Below are positions 62,378-64,000 of a stretch of DNA of 64,000 bases, one piece after another. The stretch comes from an uncultured Actinomycetes bacterium (lineage in GTDB: Bacteria > Actinomycetota > Thermoleophilia > RBG-16-64-13). Location of the stretch: contig CAVPLM010000003.1 in assembly GCA_963706025.1 (NCBI GenBank), positions 32,001 to 96,000 on the forward strand, given 5' to 3'. Position numbers and translations under genes: made by a program. Under the pieces are notes generated by a model. That model made no database searches, was not told the DNA's origin, and saw nothing but the letters and a program-made list of their open reading frames with translations. Positions within the stretch are counted from its first letter, which is position 1. Every line of letters begins with the position of its first letter.

Positions 62378-64000
62378 GTGCAGCTGCAACTCTCGCTTGC
62401 GGTGGCCGACAGACTCCACGAGACCATGTTGGTGCGTGGAGAACCGCTTGATGCGGTGGAAGCCGTCCGCCTGCTCGTCGCCTCCCCGAACGCTCCCGTG
62501 GCTCTCTGTGACGAGATCCTGGCCGCGCTTGTGGAGCACGACCAGCGGTTCTGCTGGAAGGACGTCCACGCGGGACTGGCGGCTACCGGCGCCCGCCAGG
62601 TCTCGCTGCATCACTGGGAAGTGCCCGACCCCGATCTGGCCGATGTCCCCTTCGTGGCCCTCGACCTGGAGACTACGGGGGCGCGACCTGGGCTCAGCAA
62701 GATCACGGAGATCGGAGCGGTGAGGATCGAGGGCTTCCAGGAAGTGAGACGCTTCAGCACGCTTGTGAACCCACTCAGACCTATCCCGCCCATCATCACC
62801 CAGATCACGGGGATCACGCAGGAGATGGTGGCCGAGGCGCCGCGTATCGAAGAAGTCATCCCTGAGCTGCTGGAGTTCCTTGAGGGAGCGATCGTGGTGG
62901 CACACAACGCGTCGTTCGACGTGGGCTTTCTCAACTACGAGCTTCGCCGCCTGAAAGGTCGCAGGCTCGGGGATGGAGCCATCGACACCTTGCCCCTGGC
63001 CCGGGCGCTGGCCCCGGGTCTGCCCAACTATCGCCTGCATACGGTTGCCGAGGCTCTGGGTGCGCCGGTAACGGCCTGCCATCGCGCCCTCGCCGATGCC
63101 CAGGCCGCCGGGTATGTCTTCGTCACCCTGGTAGGGCGCCTGCAGGAACGAGGCATCACTCGTCTGGGCGAGGCCCGGTCGTACATCAGCCCCGCTTCCC
63201 ACGGTGCGTTGGAGAAGCTGCGATTGACCCGAGATGTTCCCCGGACTCCCGGCACGTACCGCTTCGTCGACAAGGATGGCATCATCCTGTACGTGGGCAA
63301 GGCCGATCGACTGCGCGAGAGGGTGCGCTCGTACTTCGTGGCCCATGGCGATCATTCCCGCAAAGTGCGACAGGCGGTGCGCCTGGTGGACCGCATAGAT
63401 TGGGAAGAGGCCGGCACACCTCTCGAGGCCGTGGTTCGAGAACAGGAGCTCATCCTCCAGCACCGACCTCCCTGCAACTTCCACGGAGGTCGACCGGAGA
63501 GCTACGTCTACCTCAAAGTAGGAGGTTCCGGTCCTGGTCTGAACCTCTACGTCAGCAACCGGCCACCCGCCTGGCTTGTCGCGTCAGAGACCGATGGCGA
63601 CCGGTCGCGGGGAGGCGGGGCCGGGCCTTCTCGCCTTCCTCTGGTCATCGGCCCGTTCCGCGGCCGCGCCCGGCTCAACGCGGCCTTGGATCTGCTCCAA
63701 CGCTGTTACCCCGTGCGCCGCTGCCCCAGGCGCCCCGACGGACGTCCCTGTGTGCGTGGGGAAGGGAACCACTGCCTCGCCCCATGCACCGGTGACCCCC
63801 TGGTCCGAACCGAACACGACACCCTGGTGATGGGAATCGTCGGTTGGCTAGCAGGTCACGCCGAAACGAGCCTCCCGGATCCTTTGGAGCGCGCTCAGGA
63901 GGTCGTGCGGTCTCTGTCCCGCCAAAGACGGTACGAACAGGCCCAGAACCTTCAGGAGGCGTGCGACCATCTGCTGAGTGTGTGCCGCTCCTATCAGTCT
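62378..64000 (+). CDS. DEDDh exonuclease fused to a UvrC-like GIY-YIG domain, partial (runs off the right edge)
   Basis: Not in the ORF track. Manual translation from GTG 62378: FVALDLETTG, ITEIGAV, VAHNASFD, IDTL, HRALADA, then PGTYRF...LYVGKA..LRERVRSYF and a Cys cluster. Confidence 0.88.
   Translation, partial: MQLQLSLAVADRLHETMLVRGEPLDAVEAVRLLVASPNAPVALCDEILAALVEHDQRFCWKDVHAGLAATGARQVSLHHWEVPDPDLADVPFVALDLETTGARPGLSKITEIGAVRIEGFQEVRRFSTLVNPLRPIPPIITQITGITQEMVAEAPRIEEVIPELLEFLEGAIVVAHNASFDVGFLNYELRRLKGRRLGDGAIDTLPLARALAPGLPNYRLHTVAEALGAPVTACHRALADAQAAGYVFVTLVGRLQERGITRLGEARSYISPASHGALEKLRLTRDVPRTPGTYRFVDKDGIILYVGKADRLRERVRSYFVAHGDHSRKVRQAVRLVDRIDWEEAGTPLEAVVREQELILQHRPPCNFHGGRPESYVYLKVGGSGPGLNLYVSNRPPAWLVASETDGDRSRGGGAGPSRLPLVIGPFRGRARLNAALDLLQRCYPVRRCPRRPDGRPCVRGEGNHCLAPCTGDPLVRTEHDTLVMGIVGWLAGHAETSLPDPLERAQEVVRSLSRQRRYEQAQNLQEACDHLLSVCRSYQS

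Overview
High-GC bacterial chromosomal window with no rRNA, tRNA, CRISPR array or IS/prophage genes that I can recognise. Gene content (SLH-domain surface protein, Thr-rich lipoproteins, DUF6049-like and LppX/LprAFG-like proteins, many apparently leaderless genes, tungsten-type aldehyde oxidoreductase, 2-oxoacid:ferredoxin oxidoreductase) suggests an anaerobic deep-branching actinobacterium, possibly Thermoleophilia; this is inference only. About a dozen genes are broken by single-base insertions, including accD, which points to long-read assembly errors rather than pseudogenes. Housekeeping content: RlmKL, PolX-PHP, Nth, RarA, YhaM-like nuclease, MscL, a polar amino acid ABC transporter and a fabZ-H-D-G-F-accD-accA operon. 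The most interesting elements are: (1) a ~1400-aa dikinase-like protein with PPDK ATP-grasp and phospho-His domains but no PEP/pyruvate-binding barrel, followed by a divergent GAPDH-like gene; (2) a TetR-korABC-bzdP-[toxin-antitoxin]-bzdQ-bzdM-bzdV-like cluster that has the ATP-driven electron-activation half of a benzoyl-CoA reductase but not the catalytic N/O subunits, divergent from citrate synthase, whose promoter spacer holds a perfect 18-bp palindrome; (3) an AOR-FeS-MoaD-UbiX-flavin-binding operon without UbiD; (4) an LprG/P55(Rv1410c)-like lipoprotein-MFS pair; (5) a GGQ-less aeRF1-like protein, a candidate Balon-type hibernation factor; (6) a Pro-rich uORF overlapping the start of a CNNM/CorC gene.
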